DNA of 62,451 bases, filler included, from Spirochaetales bacterium (GCA_016928955.1; 3 parts of 3 records of this genome joined end to end with filler, not necessarily neighbours in it), one strand, 5' to 3'. Counted from the first letter of the whole stretch, positions 28,060 to 39,165 are shown. Made by a program: numbers and translations. The notes: generated by a model not told the origin, from the letters alone.

Positions 28060-29202
28060 ATGAAGTTGTCTATCAAGCCTGAGCTGCTACGCTGGGCTTG
28101 CGTACGATCCGGGTACGAAACGACCTCTTTAAGTAAAAACTTCCCAAAGCTAAATGCCTGGTTGGATGAAAGTCTTCAACCTACCTTTAAGCAGTTAGAA
28201 CGATTCGCCAAAACTGTCCACGCTCCCGTTGGCTACTTTTTCCTGCCGGAACCTCCCGTTGAGACAGTCCCCATTCCGGATTTTCGGACAAAGAGGAATG
28301 TATCCGTTAACCGGCCATCCCCCGATTTGCTCGATACCATCTATCTTTGCCAGCAACGTCAGGAATGGTATAAGGATTATACTCTGGTATCCGGCGAACA
28401 CGAACTTGACTTTATCGGGTCGAGTAGCCCGAATAACCCGATTGCTGAAGCCGCGGAGAAAATTCGCGCTGCCACGGGCTTCAGCTTGCAGGAGCAGTGC
28501 GCCTGCCATACCTGGACCGATGCGCTGCGCCGCTTCATAGAGCGGGTCGATTCGATTGGCGTATTGGTCATGACAAGCGGGATCGTTGGAAGCAACAGCC
28601 ATCGAAAACTGAATCCCGATGAATTCAGGGGCTTCGCGCTGGCGGATAGCCATGCGCCATTGATTTTCATAAACGGCGCAGACACAAAATCCGCTCAAAT
28701 GTTCACGCTTGCTCATGAGCTTGCGCACCTTTGGCTTGGGCAGAGCGCGTTATCCGATACCGAACTTTCCGACACGCCCTCCAACGAAGTGGAGCGATGG
28801 TGCAATGCCGTGGCTGCGGAGTTTTTGGTTCCCATGGAGGATTTAAAAAAATCTCTCATAGACGGCGAGACTACACGCGAAACGTTGGATCGTTTGGCAC
28901 GGCACTTCAAAGTCAGCACCTTGGTGATCTTGCGCCGCTTGCACGATGCGGGAAAGCTGGACAGCGCCGAGTATTGGACGGAATATAGAACCGAACTCGA
29001 TCGCTTAAAAGAACTAACAAAAACCAGCGGCGGGAATTTTTACACGACCACTACATCGCGGGTCGGAAATCGTTTTACCCGCGCCATGGTTGGTTCCGCA
29101 TGGGAAGGCAGAACATCGTTCACAGAGGCTTGCAGACTCCTTGGGTTTAAAAAAATGTCCACATTTAAGGAAATGAGCATCAGGCTCGGGATTGGCGCCT
29201 AA
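28060..29202 (+). CDS. ImmA/IrrE-family metallopeptidase with N-terminal HTH
   Basis: PELLRWA...PTFKQL..FA, PDFRT, FRGFAL, FTLAHELAHLW (HExxH), E.WCN.VAAEFL.P, FKVS. Confidence 0.92.
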   Translation: MKLSIKPELLRWACVRSGYETTSLSKNFPKLNAWLDESLQPTFKQLERFAKTVHAPVGYFFLPEPPVETVPIPDFRTKRNVSVNRPSPDLLDTIYLCQQRQEWYKDYTLVSGEHELDFIGSSSPNNPIAEAAEKIRAATGFSLQEQCACHTWTDALRRFIERVDSIGVLVMTSGIVGSNSHRKLNPDEFRGFALADSHAPLIFINGADTKSAQMFTLAHELAHLWLGQSALSDTELSDTPSNEVERWCNAVAAEFLVPMEDLKKSLIDGETTRETLDRLARHFKVSTLVILRRLHDAGKLDSAEYWTEYRTELDRLKELTKTSGGNFYTTTTSRVGNRFTRAMVGSAWEGRTSFTEACRLLGFKKMSTFKEMSIRLGIGA

Positions 29203-29699
29203 TGGCATACCTCTTAGACGCGAATGTTTTTATTGCAGCCAAGAATCTGCATTACGGCATGGATTTTTGCCCCGCGTTCTGGGAATGGCTACTGAATGCT
29301 CATGACAAGGGCATAGTATTCAGTATCGAAAAAGTCAGCGATGAATTAGCAGGTGGTCAGGATGAACTTGTGGCTTGGGCGCAAAATTTGCCGAAAGGCT
29401 TTTTTCTTTCTCCTGATGCGGAAGCCATACCAGCTCTCGGAAAGATCGCCTCATGGATACAAGCGCATGCGACCTACAGCGTAGCGGCCAAAAGCCTTTT
29501 TCTTCAAATCGCGGACTATTACCTGGTCGCTCAGGCTCTCGCTGGTAGCTATGTTGTCGTTACGCACGAACAGCCCCAAAATTCGATTAATAGAATCCTG
29601 ATACCCAATGTCTGCCTGGGCTGCGGGGTCAAGTACATAAATCCTTTTGAAATGCTCCGGAGAGAACAGGCACGCTTTGTCCTGGGGAGGCTCATATGA
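29202..29699 (+). CDS. DUF4411-family PIN-like protein
   Basis: YLLDANVFI.A...Y, FCPAFW, V..EL, ADYYLVA.A, VVTHE, IPNVC; TAATG coupling to the upstream gene. Confidence 0.88.
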   Translation: MAYLLDANVFIAAKNLHYGMDFCPAFWEWLLNAHDKGIVFSIEKVSDELAGGQDELVAWAQNLPKGFFLSPDAEAIPALGKIASWIQAHATYSVAAKSLFLQIADYYLVAQALAGSYVVVTHEQPQNSINRILIPNVCLGCGVKYINPFEMLRREQARFVLGRLI

Positions 29700-29797
29700 A
29701 GCACCTGAGCCCCAAGCTCAAGGAGCAGGTTGCCGAGTCGCAGAAGCTTTCGAAAGAGATATTCAAGAATTTAAAGGTGCTTGGCTATGGGGAATGA
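29696..29797 (+). repeat. Direct repeat copy 2: intact 33-aa mini-ORF equal to the HsdM C-terminus
   Basis: [33 protein letters not shown] versus Hsd[34 protein letters not shown]. Confidence 0.9.
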
Positions 29798-31076
29798 CTC
29801 TTCTTCCACTATTGCTGATGTTATAGAGTCAATTATTGACAATAGAGGGAAAACACCACCATACGAGGCAACAGGCATACCTCTTATTGATGTCGCGGTA
29901 CTCGCTCCAAATAGAAAGAATCCTTCTTTTCAGAACGCTACAAAATTTGTTGGTGCAGAGACCTATAAAAACTGGTTTAGAAATGGGCATCCAGTTAAGG
30001 AAGACATTCTATTTGCTACTGTTGGGAGCTTAGGCAATCTTTGCCTAATGGATTCGACAATTGGCTGTATAGCACAAAATGTCGTAGCATTACGTGTTGA
30101 TAAGAGTAAATGCATCCCGTCTTTTTTTTACTATCTTCTTAAAGGAAAGTATGGCAAAGAATTAGTAAAGAAGCTAGATATTGGAGGAGTACAACCGAGT
30201 ATTAAACTCCCCCATCTATTAAACAGTAAACTTGAACTTCCCCCTCTCCAAACCCAACAAGCCATCGCCCACATCCTCGGCACCTTCGACGACAAGATAG
30301 AACTCCTCCGCTCCATGAACGAGACTCTCGAAGCCATGGCGCGGGCACTCTTCAAGAGCTGGTTCATCGACTTTGATCCCGTCCGCAAGAAGGCAGAAGG
30401 CCAGCCCACAGGTCTACCGCCCGAGATCGACGCCCTCTTCCCCGACTCGTTCGAGGATTCGGAGTTGGGGGAGATTCCGAAGGGGTGGCAAACAGATTCG
30501 ATTTACCATATCGCAAAAGTCATCTATGGAGCACCGTTTTCTTCATCAATGTTCAATGCAGAGAAGCGTGGCACCCCACTGGTTAGGATACGCGATCTCA
30601 AGGATGAAAATCCAGAAATCTACACCGAAGAGGTACACCCTAAAGGCTATTTGCTAAAAGAAGGAGACATAGTTGTCGGAATGGATGGTGAGTTCAGAGC
30701 ATACTTATGGGGCGGCAAGAAATCTTGGCTAAACCAGCGAGTATGTGTGTTCCAGCCGAAAGATGACTATCCCATTGGATATGTATACTTTGCTATCCAA
30801 CCTCTATTAGCTGAGGTCGAAGCCACAGAGACCGCAACAACGGTCATCCATATTGGTAAAAATGATATTGATAGATTCAAGGTTTGTCTGCCACCCATTT
30901 CGATAATCGGTCATTTTGCGAAGAGTACCGACAGTATGGTGCATACTATTGTAAACAATAAGCATGAGATAAGAATACTTGAAGCCATGAGAGACTCTCT
31001 TCTCCCCAAGCTCGTCTCCGGTGAAATCGAACTCTCCGACAAAGACATATCTAAAATCATGGAGCCAGAAAAATGA
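29787..31076 (+). CDS. hsdS: Type I R-M specificity subunit
   Basis: Two AT-rich TRDs, [55 protein letters not shown]. Confidence 0.96.
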   Translation: MGNDSSSTIADVIESIIDNRGKTPPYEATGIPLIDVAVLAPNRKNPSFQNATKFVGAETYKNWFRNGHPVKEDILFATVGSLGNLCLMDSTIGCIAQNVVALRVDKSKCIPSFFYYLLKGKYGKELVKKLDIGGVQPSIKLPHLLNSKLELPPLQTQQAIAHILGTFDDKIELLRSMNETLEAMARALFKSWFIDFDPVRKKAEGQPTGLPPEIDALFPDSFEDSELGEIPKGWQTDSIYHIAKVIYGAPFSSSMFNAEKRGTPLVRIRDLKDENPEIYTEEVHPKGYLLKEGDIVVGMDGEFRAYLWGGKKSWLNQRVCVFQPKDDYPIGYVYFAIQPLLAEVEATETATTVIHIGKNDIDRFKVCLPPISIIGHFAKSTDSMVHTIVNNKHEIRILEAMRDSLLPKLVSGEIELSDKDISKIMEPEK

Positions 31077-34000
31077 GCATAGGTCTGACCGAAGCTGATG
31101 TTGAGCAAATAGCCATCGATCTCTTCGAGGAGCTTGGTTACACCCACCTCTTCGGCGGCGACATTGCCCCCGAGATGCCCGCCGCCGAGCGGACTTCCTA
31201 TGCCGAAGTTCTTCTACTCGACCGGCTTCTCTCCAAACTTCGAGACCTGAACCCGAGCATCCCTCATGAGACAATCGAAGAAGCCGCCAGGAAAATCATC
31301 CGCGCCTCTTCACCCACGGCCATCGTTCAGAACCATGTCTTTCAGCAACTGCTTGTGAATGGCCTCGATGTCTCCTACCGCAAGGGTGACCGTATCGTCA
31401 ACGACAAGGCCATGCTCGTTGACTACCGGCACCCCGAAAAGAACGACTGGCTTATCGTCAATCAGTTTACAATAGTCGAGAACGGCAACAATCGCCGACC
31501 TGACCTCCTCGTGTTCCTGAACGGAATGCCTGTCGGCATTTTTGAGCTCAAGAACCCTGCCGATGAAAAGGCAGACATCTGGAAAGCCTTTAGCCAAATA
31601 CAAACCTACAAGGATCAGATACCGAGCCTCTTCAACTTCAACGCGGTCATTGCCATATCCGACGGACTTGAGGCTCGGCTTGGCTCCCTGACAGCCGACA
31701 AGGAACGCTTCTCCGTTTGGAAGACCATAGAAGGCGAACAGCTTGCTCCGTCCACCATGACCCAGATGGAAGTCCTCATCCGGGGTGTCTTTGACCAGCG
31801 TCGTTTCCTTGACCTCCTTCGCTTCTACACGGTGTTCGAGGCGGACGGCAAAGGAAGCTGGTACAAGAAGCTCTCCGCCTACCACCAGTTCCACGCGGTT
31901 GAATCCGCCGTGCGCGAGACCTTACGGGCTTCGTCGGCCCAGCAAAAGGGACAGCTGGCCGCCGCCGAATCTGCCGGTGCGTATACCTCGCCCGGGAGCG
32001 TAGCGCACGGCGACAGGCGCATCGGTGTGGTCTGGCACACAACAGGCTCGGGCAAGAGCTTATCCATGGTGATGTATGCCGGGCGTATCATCCTCGAACC
32101 CGCGATGGAGAACCCGACCATCGTCGTCATCACCGACCGCAACGACCTGGACAACCAGCTCTACGATACCTTCTGCAACTGCTCGGAGCTCCTCCGGCAG
32201 ACGCCCGTTCAGGCCGAGAACCGAGACCACGTGCGGGAGCTTCTGAAGGTGGCCTCCGGAGGCGTGGTATTCACTACCGTCCAGAAGTTTATGCCCGAGG
32301 AGAAGCTTGGCCAATACCCCATGCTCTCTGACCGCCGCAACATTGTCGTCATAGCGGATGAAGCCCATCGTTCACAATACGACTTTATCGACGGTTATGC
32401 CCGCCACATGCACGACGCTCTCCCCAACGCATCCTTCATCGGGTTCACCGGTACGCCCATCGAACTCAATGACCGCAACACCAGGGCGGTGTTTGGCGAC
32501 TACATCTCAATCTACGACATCCAGCGGGCAGTCGAGGATGGCGCGACTGTCCCGATCTACTACGAGTCGCGCCTCGCCAAGCTCGCGCTCAGGCAGGAAG
32601 AAAAACCGCACATCGACGCGGGCTTTGAGGAGATCACCGAGGCAGAGGAAGAGAAGACGGTCAAGTCGCTTCAAAGCAAATGGTCGCGGCTCGAGGCCTT
32701 GGTCGGAGCCGAGAAACGCCTCCAGCTCATAGCCAAAGACCTCGTGGACCATTGGGAGAAGCGGCAAGCCATCATGGGTGGCAAGGCGATGATCGTCTGT
32801 ATGTCGCGCCGAATCTGCATTGACCTGTACAATGAGATCATAGCCCTTCGCCCCGACTGGCATTCGGATCAAGACAAGGCGGGGCTACTCAAGGTGGTCA
32901 TGACCGGTTCCGCTACCGACCCGGTGGATTGGCAGCAGCACATCCGCAACGGGAAGCGGCGTAAAAACCTTGCCGATGTCTTCAAGGACAATAAGGCGTC
33001 CTTCAAGATCGTCATTGTCCGCGACATGTGGCTTACTGGCTTCGATGTTCCTTCCATGACCACCATGTATGTGGACAAGCCCATGGAAGGGCATGGACTC
33101 ATGCAGGCAATCGCCCGTGTCAACCGCGTGTTCAAGGACAAGCCCGGCGGCCTGATCGTTGACTATCTCGGTATCGCCGACAGCTTGAAGCGCGCGCTCG
33201 CTACCTATGCCGAGTCTGGCGGCAAGGGAAAGACCGCCATCGACCAGAACGAGGCCGTCGCGGTAATGATGGAGAAGTACGAGATTGTCCGCGATCTCTT
33301 CCATGGCTTCGATTGGTCTATCTGGAAGACCGGCACTCCTAAGGATCGACTTGATCTTCTGCCTTTTGCCCAAGAACATATCCTTGCCCAGCAGGATGGC
33401 AAAGCCCGTCTATACCAAACTGTTACGGAGCTGTCCCAGGCATTCGCCCTATCCGTCCCCCACGAAAAGACTGTAGAAATTCGGGACGATGTAGCCTTCT
33501 TCCAGACTGTCCGGGCCGCCATAGCAAAAGCGACGGGTGGTGACGACAAAAAGAAGAGCCCCGAAGAGCTTGATCTGGCTATCCGCCAGCTTGTTTCCGG
33601 AGCGGTGGATTCCGATCAGGTTGTGGACATCTTCTCGGCGGCTGGACTCAAGAAGCCCGACATTTCCATCCTCACGGACGAGTTCCTCGCCGAAGTGAAG
33701 GGCATGCCGCACAGAAACCTCGCGGTCGAGCTCCTCGCGAAACTGCTTAAAGGTGAGATCAAAAACCCAAAGGCACGCAAAAACCTCATCCAGTCCCGAT
33801 CCTTCGCCGAGATGCTCGAAGCGGCTCTTAAAAAGTACGAGAACCGCGCCATTGAAACGGCACAGGTTATCGAGGAACTCATCGAACTTGCCAGAAAGAT
33901 TCGTGAGGCCCACCAGCGCGGTGAAGACCTCGGCCTCAACGACGACGAGATCGCCTTCTATGACGCGCTCGGCGTCAACGAATCGGCGGTCAGGGACCTT

Positions 34001-34219
34001 GGCGACGATATCCTGAAGGCGATTGCCCGCGAGCTTGTAACGAGCCTCAAAGCAAACCTCAAGATCGACTGGAAGCAACGGGAGTCAGTCCGCGCACAGA
34101 TCAGGCTGGCCATCAAACGGATTCTACGGCACTACAGGTATCCGCCGGACAGGCAGGAAGCGGCCATCAAGACGGTGATCGAACAGGCTGAAGAACTCTA
34201 TGGGGAATGGGTGGCGTAG
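31073..34219 (+). CDS. hsdR: Type I R-M restriction subunit
   Basis: RRPD...[47 protein letters not shown]. Confidence 0.97.
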   Translation: MSIGLTEADVEQIAIDLFEELGYTHLFGGDIAPEMPAAERTSYAEVLLLDRLLSKLRDLNPSIPHETIEEAARKIIRASSPTAIVQNHVFQQLLVNGLDVSYRKGDRIVNDKAMLVDYRHPEKNDWLIVNQFTIVENGNNRRPDLLVFLNGMPVGIFELKNPADEKADIWKAFSQIQTYKDQIPSLFNFNAVIAISDGLEARLGSLTADKERFSVWKTIEGEQLAPSTMTQMEVLIRGVFDQRRFLDLLRFYTVFEADGKGSWYKKLSAYHQFHAVESAVRETLRASSAQQKGQLAAAESAGAYTSPGSVAHGDRRIGVVWHTTGSGKSLSMVMYAGRIILEPAMENPTIVVITDRNDLDNQLYDTFCNCSELLRQTPVQAENRDHVRELLKVASGGVVFTTVQKFMPEEKLGQYPMLSDRRNIVVIADEAHRSQYDFIDGYARHMHDALPNASFIGFTGTPIELNDRNTRAVFGDYISIYDIQRAVEDGATVPIYYESRLAKLALRQEEKPHIDAGFEEITEAEEEKTVKSLQSKWSRLEALVGAEKRLQLIAKDLVDHWEKRQAIMGGKAMIVCMSRRICIDLYNEIIALRPDWHSDQDKAGLLKVVMTGSATDPVDWQQHIRNGKRRKNLADVFKDNKASFKIVIVRDMWLTGFDVPSMTTMYVDKPMEGHGLMQAIARVNRVFKDKPGGLIVDYLGIADSLKRALATYAESGGKGKTAIDQNEAVAVMMEKYEIVRDLFHGFDWSIWKTGTPKDRLDLLPFAQEHILAQQDGKARLYQTVTELSQAFALSVPHEKTVEIRDDVAFFQTVRAAIAKATGGDDKKKSPEELDLAIRQLVSGAVDSDQVVDIFSAAGLKKPDISILTDEFLAEVKGMPHRNLAVELLAKLLKGEIKNPKARKNLIQSRSFAEMLEAALKKYENRAIETAQVIEELIELARKIREAHQRGEDLGLNDDEIAFYDALGVNESAVRDLGDDILKAIARELVTSLKANLKIDWKQRESVRAQIRLAIKRILRHYRYPPDRQEAAIKTVIEQAEELYGEWVA

Positions 34220-34255
34220 GATCATAAATTGAAATGCAGTTTGTATGTCGTTAAC

Positions 34256-34299
34256 TATAGGGAACCTCTAAAAACTGTAGTTTTTAGAGGTTCCCTATA
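34256..34299. repeat. Perfect 44-bp palindrome (REP-like) at the island edge
   Basis: TATAGGGAACCTCTAAAAACT-GT-AGTTTTTAGAGGTTCCCTATA, 21-bp perfect arms. Confidence 0.9.
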
Positions 34300-34480
34300 A
34301 TGATTTGCTAAAGCTATTTTCAATTAGTTTTACGGTCTGCCTACCTGTTCCAGCCTTCAGCTTCCTTGATAAAAGTGCGGATGTGCTCTGTGCTGGCTAT
34401 CTGAGGCCGCGTCCAGCCCGGGGTGTCGTCCTCATACACGGTGCTGGTCGAGCGGGACAGGACCCACCTGGACGCTTGCA

Positions 34481-36781
34481 TCACTCTCCCAGCATCCACG
34501 CAAGGAATTCCTCCACGTCCTGACCGCCGTACAGGGCGGCGTAGGCGGCGGCGGCTCCGGCCACGTTGCGGCCGTACTGACGGGTCTCCGCGTACTCAAG
34601 GGTCTCAAGGACCAGGTCGGCGGGCAGCCTGCCCGCGGACGCTTCCCAGCGGCGGTAGCGGCCCAGGCCGGCGTTGTACGAGAACAGGGCCGGAAGCACC
34701 TGGCCGTCCACGGTGGCCAAAAGGCGCGCCAGATAGGCGCTCCCGAGCTTCAGGTTGTCGGCGGGGTCATAGAGGTCATAGTCCAACAGCCTGAGGCGGC
34801 CGGCCGTTTCCTCGGCGGTGGCGGGCATGAGCTGGGCAAGCCCTATGGCGCCGGCAGACGACACGACGTCGGCCTGAAAGAGGCTCTCCGAGCGGGCCAG
34901 CCCGTACAGGAGTTCCGCCGGCAGTCCCGAATCCTGGGAGGACGACGCAAAGTGCTCGGGCCAGGGCCGCGGCCAGTAGAGCTCGCGGTCCTGGCGGCTG
35001 GGCGTAAAGCTGGGGCGGGAGAACAGGGGCGCTATGGTCCTGACCGCGTCCGCGTGGTTGCCGCGCCGTGCCAGGTTGGCGGCTATGTGCCTCAGGGTGT
35101 CGGCCCCCAGGCCCAGGCGCTCGGCGCCCAGTTCCGAGCGCAGGCGGGAAGCCAGGCCAAAGCGCGCCAGGGCCAGGGCGTAGTTGTCCGCTTCCGCGGG
35201 CTGGATGGCCGGCGCTGATTCGCGCTCTCCGGGCTCGGCAGGCTCCTCGTTGCCCGCTTCGGCCGCGGTGTCAGGCGGGGCCCAGCCAGGGCCGTCCGCG
35301 GGTTCGGCCAGGGGGCGGCCAAGGCGGTAGCCGGCCAGGAGCCGGTACCATGAGTCGCTGTGCTGGTCGTATGCCTCTTCCAGCCGGCGCTCCTGGTAAT
35401 CGGCGGCCGACGCAAAGGCGTCGTTCCCAAAAGCCGCTGACAGATGGGCCGGCTGAATGATGCCAACGGCGGACGCGCGCGCGGACAGGTAGGCCAGGCG
35501 GGCGCGGTCCCAGGCGTCTGCCCGGCCAAGGGTGGCCGCGTCCAGGGCGGCAAGCACGTCTCCGCGCCGCGCCAGGATGGCCTTCCGGGACAGGGGTTCC
35601 AGCAGGTCTGAATAATAGGAAGGATTCCGCGTGGAACGCAGGGCTGTGGCAACGACGCCAGTGGCGCCCAGGGGATCGGAAGCGGCCAGACTCTCAGCCT
35701 GGTACCAGAACGACGCGTCACGGTCGGCTGCGTTGGTGGCCAGGCGGGCGGCCGTGCCGAACCAGGCGGCGGCGTCCGTGTTTTTGCCGGCGGTCCGGAG
35801 GAAGCGTCCCCGCCAGAACGCCGCGTGAAAGGCGCCGGGGAGCCCGGGGTCGCCGGGGGCCATGAGGGCCCAGGCATTGTTGCCGGTATCGGGCAGGCCG
35901 TACACAAAGGCTCTGGCCGCGTCGGATGCGCTGGCTCGCGGGAGGGAGCGCACCAGGGCGGCCAGGCTCTGGGCGTCTTTGCCGCCGGCCAGCGATGCAA
36001 AGCGCGTTACGGCGTCGCCATAGTCGCGCAGGCCGCTGGCCACGCGGGCGGCCAGAAGCTCCCGGTCGTTCTGGGCTAGGGCCAGGCGACGCTCGGGTGG
36101 GGCGGCGGCTTCCTCTTCCAACAGGGTGGCCAGGGCCGTGTAGCCGGCGGGCTCCAGCTCCAGGGACCACAGGAGCCCTGCCTTGTCCGCCCAGGCGTTG
36201 CCGCCACGCGGGTTGGCCAGGCCGGCGCGCAGTTCCAGGATCAGGGCCAGGGGGTCAGTTTCTCCGTCCGTGGCCAGGGCGGCCAGGCCGGACAGGCTTT
36301 TTGCCGCGTCGGCTGGGCGGCCGGTTTCCAGCAAGGCCAAGGCTTCCAGGAATCTTCGCCGGTAGGGTTCCAGGGTGTCGGAGGCGGAGGAACGGACAAA
36401 GGCCAGGAGCCGCTCGTACAGGCCTGCGCCCGTAAGGGCATCGGCCAGGAGCTCGGCCGCCCTGGCCTTGTAGCGTCCGCTTTCCCGCTTGGCCGCTTCC
36501 TCAAGAAAATCCAGGCGCAGTTCGGTCCTGCCCTGGTTCTGGGCGTGCATGGACAGGAAGAGGAGGGCGCCGGGGCCGAGCCTGGACAGGGCCGCGTAAT
36601 TGGGGCGGGCGCCTTCCGCTAAGGGAAGCTCGGCGCCGGCTTCCAGGGCGTCCAGCCACTGTTCTGCTGACAGGCCGTGGGCGCCGTCGGCCAGGCAGGA
36701 CGACACGATGAGCGCGGTGGCCAGGATGGCCGTCAAAAAACCGGGGCGCGCGGTCCGCGCGCCCCTGGTTTGAGCAAGCAT
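34481..36781 (-). CDS. Soluble lytic transglycosylase (SLT domain) with long helical N-terminal region, probable lipoprotein
   Basis: LARSESLF, SSAGAIGLAQLMPATA, N..LG..YL, SYNAG, ETRQY; lipobox-like VSSC; start reassigned to 36781. Confidence 0.88.
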   Translation of the reverse strand: MLAQTRGARTARPGFLTAILATALIVSSCLADGAHGLSAEQWLDALEAGAELPLAEGARPNYAALSRLGPGALLFLSMHAQNQGRTELRLDFLEEAAKRESGRYKARAAELLADALTGAGLYERLLAFVRSSASDTLEPYRRRFLEALALLETGRPADAAKSLSGLAALATDGETDPLALILELRAGLANPRGGNAWADKAGLLWSLELEPAGYTALATLLEEEAAAPPERRLALAQNDRELLAARVASGLRDYGDAVTRFASLAGGKDAQSLAALVRSLPRASASDAARAFVYGLPDTGNNAWALMAPGDPGLPGAFHAAFWRGRFLRTAGKNTDAAAWFGTAARLATNAADRDASFWYQAESLAASDPLGATGVVATALRSTRNPSYYSDLLEPLSRKAILARRGDVLAALDAATLGRADAWDRARLAYLSARASAVGIIQPAHLSAAFGNDAFASAADYQERRLEEAYDQHSDSWYRLLAGYRLGRPLAEPADGPGWAPPDTAAEAGNEEPAEPGERESAPAIQPAEADNYALALARFGLASRLRSELGAERLGLGADTLRHIAANLARRGNHADAVRTIAPLFSRPSFTPSRQDRELYWPRPWPEHFASSSQDSGLPAELLYGLARSESLFQADVVSSAGAIGLAQLMPATAEETAGRLRLLDYDLYDPADNLKLGSAYLARLLATVDGQVLPALFSYNAGLGRYRRWEASAGRLPADLVLETLEYAETRQYGRNVAGAAAAYAALYGGQDVEEFLAWMLGE

Positions 36782-36792
36782 AGGCGCTTCCT

Positions 36793-37890
36793 TTACCGGG
36801 CCGGTATGAACATCCTGGTGCCGGATATGATGAGGTCCGGATCCGGAATCTTGTTGGCCTTGGCTATGCTGCCGTACAGCCAGGGCGTCCGGTAGTAGCG
36901 TATGGATATGTCCCACAGGGTGTCTCCCCATTTGACTGTGTGCCATACGCCTTCGGACGCGCCAGCTGGCTGGGCAGCCGGCGCCGCGGCGGGGGCCGGC
37001 GTTGCCGCTGGGGCGGGTGCCGGCGCTGGAGCGGGCTCGGCCGCCTGGGCCGCTGGAGCCGGGGCAGGAGCGGGTTCGGAAGCCGGCGCCTGTATGGCCG
37101 GCACGGACGCGCTCGGCGGGACCGGCTGGCGGTCGGCGGTGCACTTGAACACCAGGAAGGCCACGGCCAGCACCAGGAGGGTTGCCGCCAGGGCTATGAG
37201 TATGGGAACCAGGGCAGAGCGCTTGCGCCGTGCTGGCTTGTCCTCCGCCAGGTCGGCGTCGTCGTCCTGGGCAAACGAGTCCGACACGCTGGTGCCGGGG
37301 CCCGGTTCGTCCTCGTCCAGGGAATAGTCATCCGCCAGGAAATGGTCGCCCGCGGGCTCGTCCTGGGCAGGAACGTCCAGGTCCATGTCCGCGCCAAAGG
37401 CCTCGTCAGGGCTTTCCTGGTCCAGGCTCAGGTCAACGTCGCCGGACGGCACGGCTTCCACTTCGTCAAAGGGGTTCATGTCCGGGAACTCGTCGGTGTC
37501 CAGGGCAGGGCTCTGGCCGTCCTGGAAGTCGAAATCCGGGATCTCGTAGGTTTCTTCCTCGGTCAGGGCCTTGAGCGACACGGTCAGGGCCTGGTGCTCG
37601 CCGGAGGCCAGGTCCTCGGCGTAGGCGCTCAGGTTGTCGTCCTCGTCCAGGCTGATATCCAGGCGTATGTCGGGCTCACCCTTGGGTCGGGCGTCTATGT
37701 TCTCTATGACCAGGCTTCCCACGTAGGTTCGGTCCTCAAGGATGTCTTCCGTTCCCTTGTACACGTCTATCTGGACGCTGGTCTGCTCGTCCTTGACCGT
37801 GGTGACCACCAGGCGTTTCTTGCCGCCCTCGCCCTCGTCCAGAATCGGGTAGAATTGTCCGTCAGCCAGCCGTATGCCTATTTGTGCCAT
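36793..37890 (-). CDS. Membrane protein with Hsp70 substrate-binding-like N-domain, acidic linker, TM and C-terminal LysM
   Basis: TTVKDEQTSVQIDVYKG...KGEPDI (DnaK SBD-like); HTVKWGDTLWDIS..YY..PWLY..IA..N.IPDPDLI..G. Confidence 0.85.
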   Translation of the reverse strand: MAQIGIRLADGQFYPILDEGEGGKKRLVVTTVKDEQTSVQIDVYKGTEDILEDRTYVGSLVIENIDARPKGEPDIRLDISLDEDDNLSAYAEDLASGEHQALTVSLKALTEEETYEIPDFDFQDGQSPALDTDEFPDMNPFDEVEAVPSGDVDLSLDQESPDEAFGADMDLDVPAQDEPAGDHFLADDYSLDEDEPGPGTSVSDSFAQDDDADLAEDKPARRKRSALVPILIALAATLLVLAVAFLVFKCTADRQPVPPSASVPAIQAPASEPAPAPAPAAQAAEPAPAPAPAPAATPAPAAAPAAQPAGASEGVWHTVKWGDTLWDISIRYYRTPWLYGSIAKANKIPDPDLIISGTRMFIPAR

Positions 37891-38012
37891 CGTCGTATCC
37901 GTCCTTGTAACCGGGGTCCGGTAAAGCGCCCTCCGCTTCCCGCGCGGCCTTGGCATTTCAAGTATCGCCCCTTTTCCGGAAAAATGCGAGAGTTTTTACG
38001 ATTCTGGTACGT

Positions 38013-38789
38013 TCAGGCCCTCGCGACCATCACCAGGGTGTCGGCGGCGTGGTTGTAGGGCGTGCCGGAGAACGATCCGTAGGCCCGAGCGTCCGAGAAC
38101 CCGGCGGACATAAGCAGGCGCTTGAGCTCGAGCGCCGAGTACAGCCTCTGCACCCAGCGGCGGTCCACCCTGCGCTGGCCGTCTATGATCACCCAGCGGT
38201 TTTCTATGCCTTCCCAGTCGCCTACCACGGAAAACTCGGTCAGGACCAGGGCGGAGCCGCGCTCGAACCACTCTCCCTCGATGAAGTGCCTGGCGGCCGT
38301 CTCCTTGCCGTTCAGCTCCATGACCAGGACGCCGCCGGGCTTGAGGTTGTGCCGCAGGCGGGTGGCCATGAGGAGGTCGTCCGCGGGGTCGTCGAAATAG
38401 CCAAAGCTGGTGTACAGGTTGACGGCCAGGTCAAAGGCCCCGGGTCGGGAGAAAGCGCGCGCGTCGGCCTTGACCAGCTCCAGACGTATGCCCTCCGCGC
38501 GGGCGCTGTCCGCGGCGGCGTCCAGGTAGGGTTGGGTCAGGTCCACACCGCACACGGCGTGGCCGCGGCGGGCGAACTCCAGGGCGTGCCTGCCCGGTCC
38601 GCAACACAGGTCCAAAACGGCCAGGCCGTTCCGGTTCTGCATGCCCGCAAGGGCCAGTGCGCCGTCCACCACGGCGGGCGTTTCCGCCCAGCGGCGTTCG
38701 TCAAAGAGGAGCGACGCGTAGGCCGTCCAGAAGCCTTCGTCCGTGAACCAGCCGCCGGCTCCGGGGCCTTCAGTCGGACAGGCCGCCAT
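38013..38789 (-). CDS. Class I SAM-dependent methyltransferase
   Basis: VLDLCCGPGRH, GVD, DAR, FD...NLYTSFGYF, LKPGG. Confidence 0.92.
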   Translation of the reverse strand: MAACPTEGPGAGGWFTDEGFWTAYASLLFDERRWAETPAVVDGALALAGMQNRNGLAVLDLCCGPGRHALEFARRGHAVCGVDLTQPYLDAAADSARAEGIRLELVKADARAFSRPGAFDLAVNLYTSFGYFDDPADDLLMATRLRHNLKPGGVLVMELNGKETAARHFIEGEWFERGSALVLTEFSVVGDWEGIENRWVIIDGQRRVDRRWVQRLYSALELKRLLMSAGFSDARAYGSFSGTPYNHAADTLVMVARA

Positions 38790-39147
38790 GGTCCATCACC
38801 TGGGACATGACGTACGACAGCACGTCCATGTCCATGTCGCCCGCGTCCTGGGTGAGGAGCTCCCGGATTTCGGCCCAGTCAGCCGCGCTGAACGGCGTGC
38901 CGTCGTAGTCCATCAGCACTAGGGAAGCCACGCCCGCGAGCCAGTCCAGGGCCGCCTGCCTGTCGCCGTCCAGCCTTGCGCGGAAGGTGTCCATGATGGC
39001 TGCCAGGGTGTCCCTGGGCAGGGGGCCCAGGAAACGGGCCAGGTCGGACGACAGCCGCTCAAGGGACGCGGCGTCCGGGGCGCCGTCCGTTCCCGCTCTC
39101 CTGGCCCAGGCGTCCAGGTCGGATTTCAGTTTGTCTATAGCCTGCAT
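38770..39147 (-). CDS. Hypothetical protein
   Basis: Co-oriented ORF overlapping the methyltransferase start; protein-like composition. Confidence 0.7.
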   Translation of the reverse strand: MQAIDKLKSDLDAWARRAGTDGAPDAASLERLSSDLARFLGPLPRDTLAAIMDTFRARLDGDRQAALDWLAGVASLVLMDYDGTPFSAADWAEIRELLTQDAGDMDMDVLSYVMSQVMDHGGLSD

Positions 39148-39165
39148 GCTTCCATGATAGCGCTT

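Noticed and set aside
36960..37110. Low-complexity GC repeat
   Set aside because: It encodes the Pro/Ala linker of the LysM protein.
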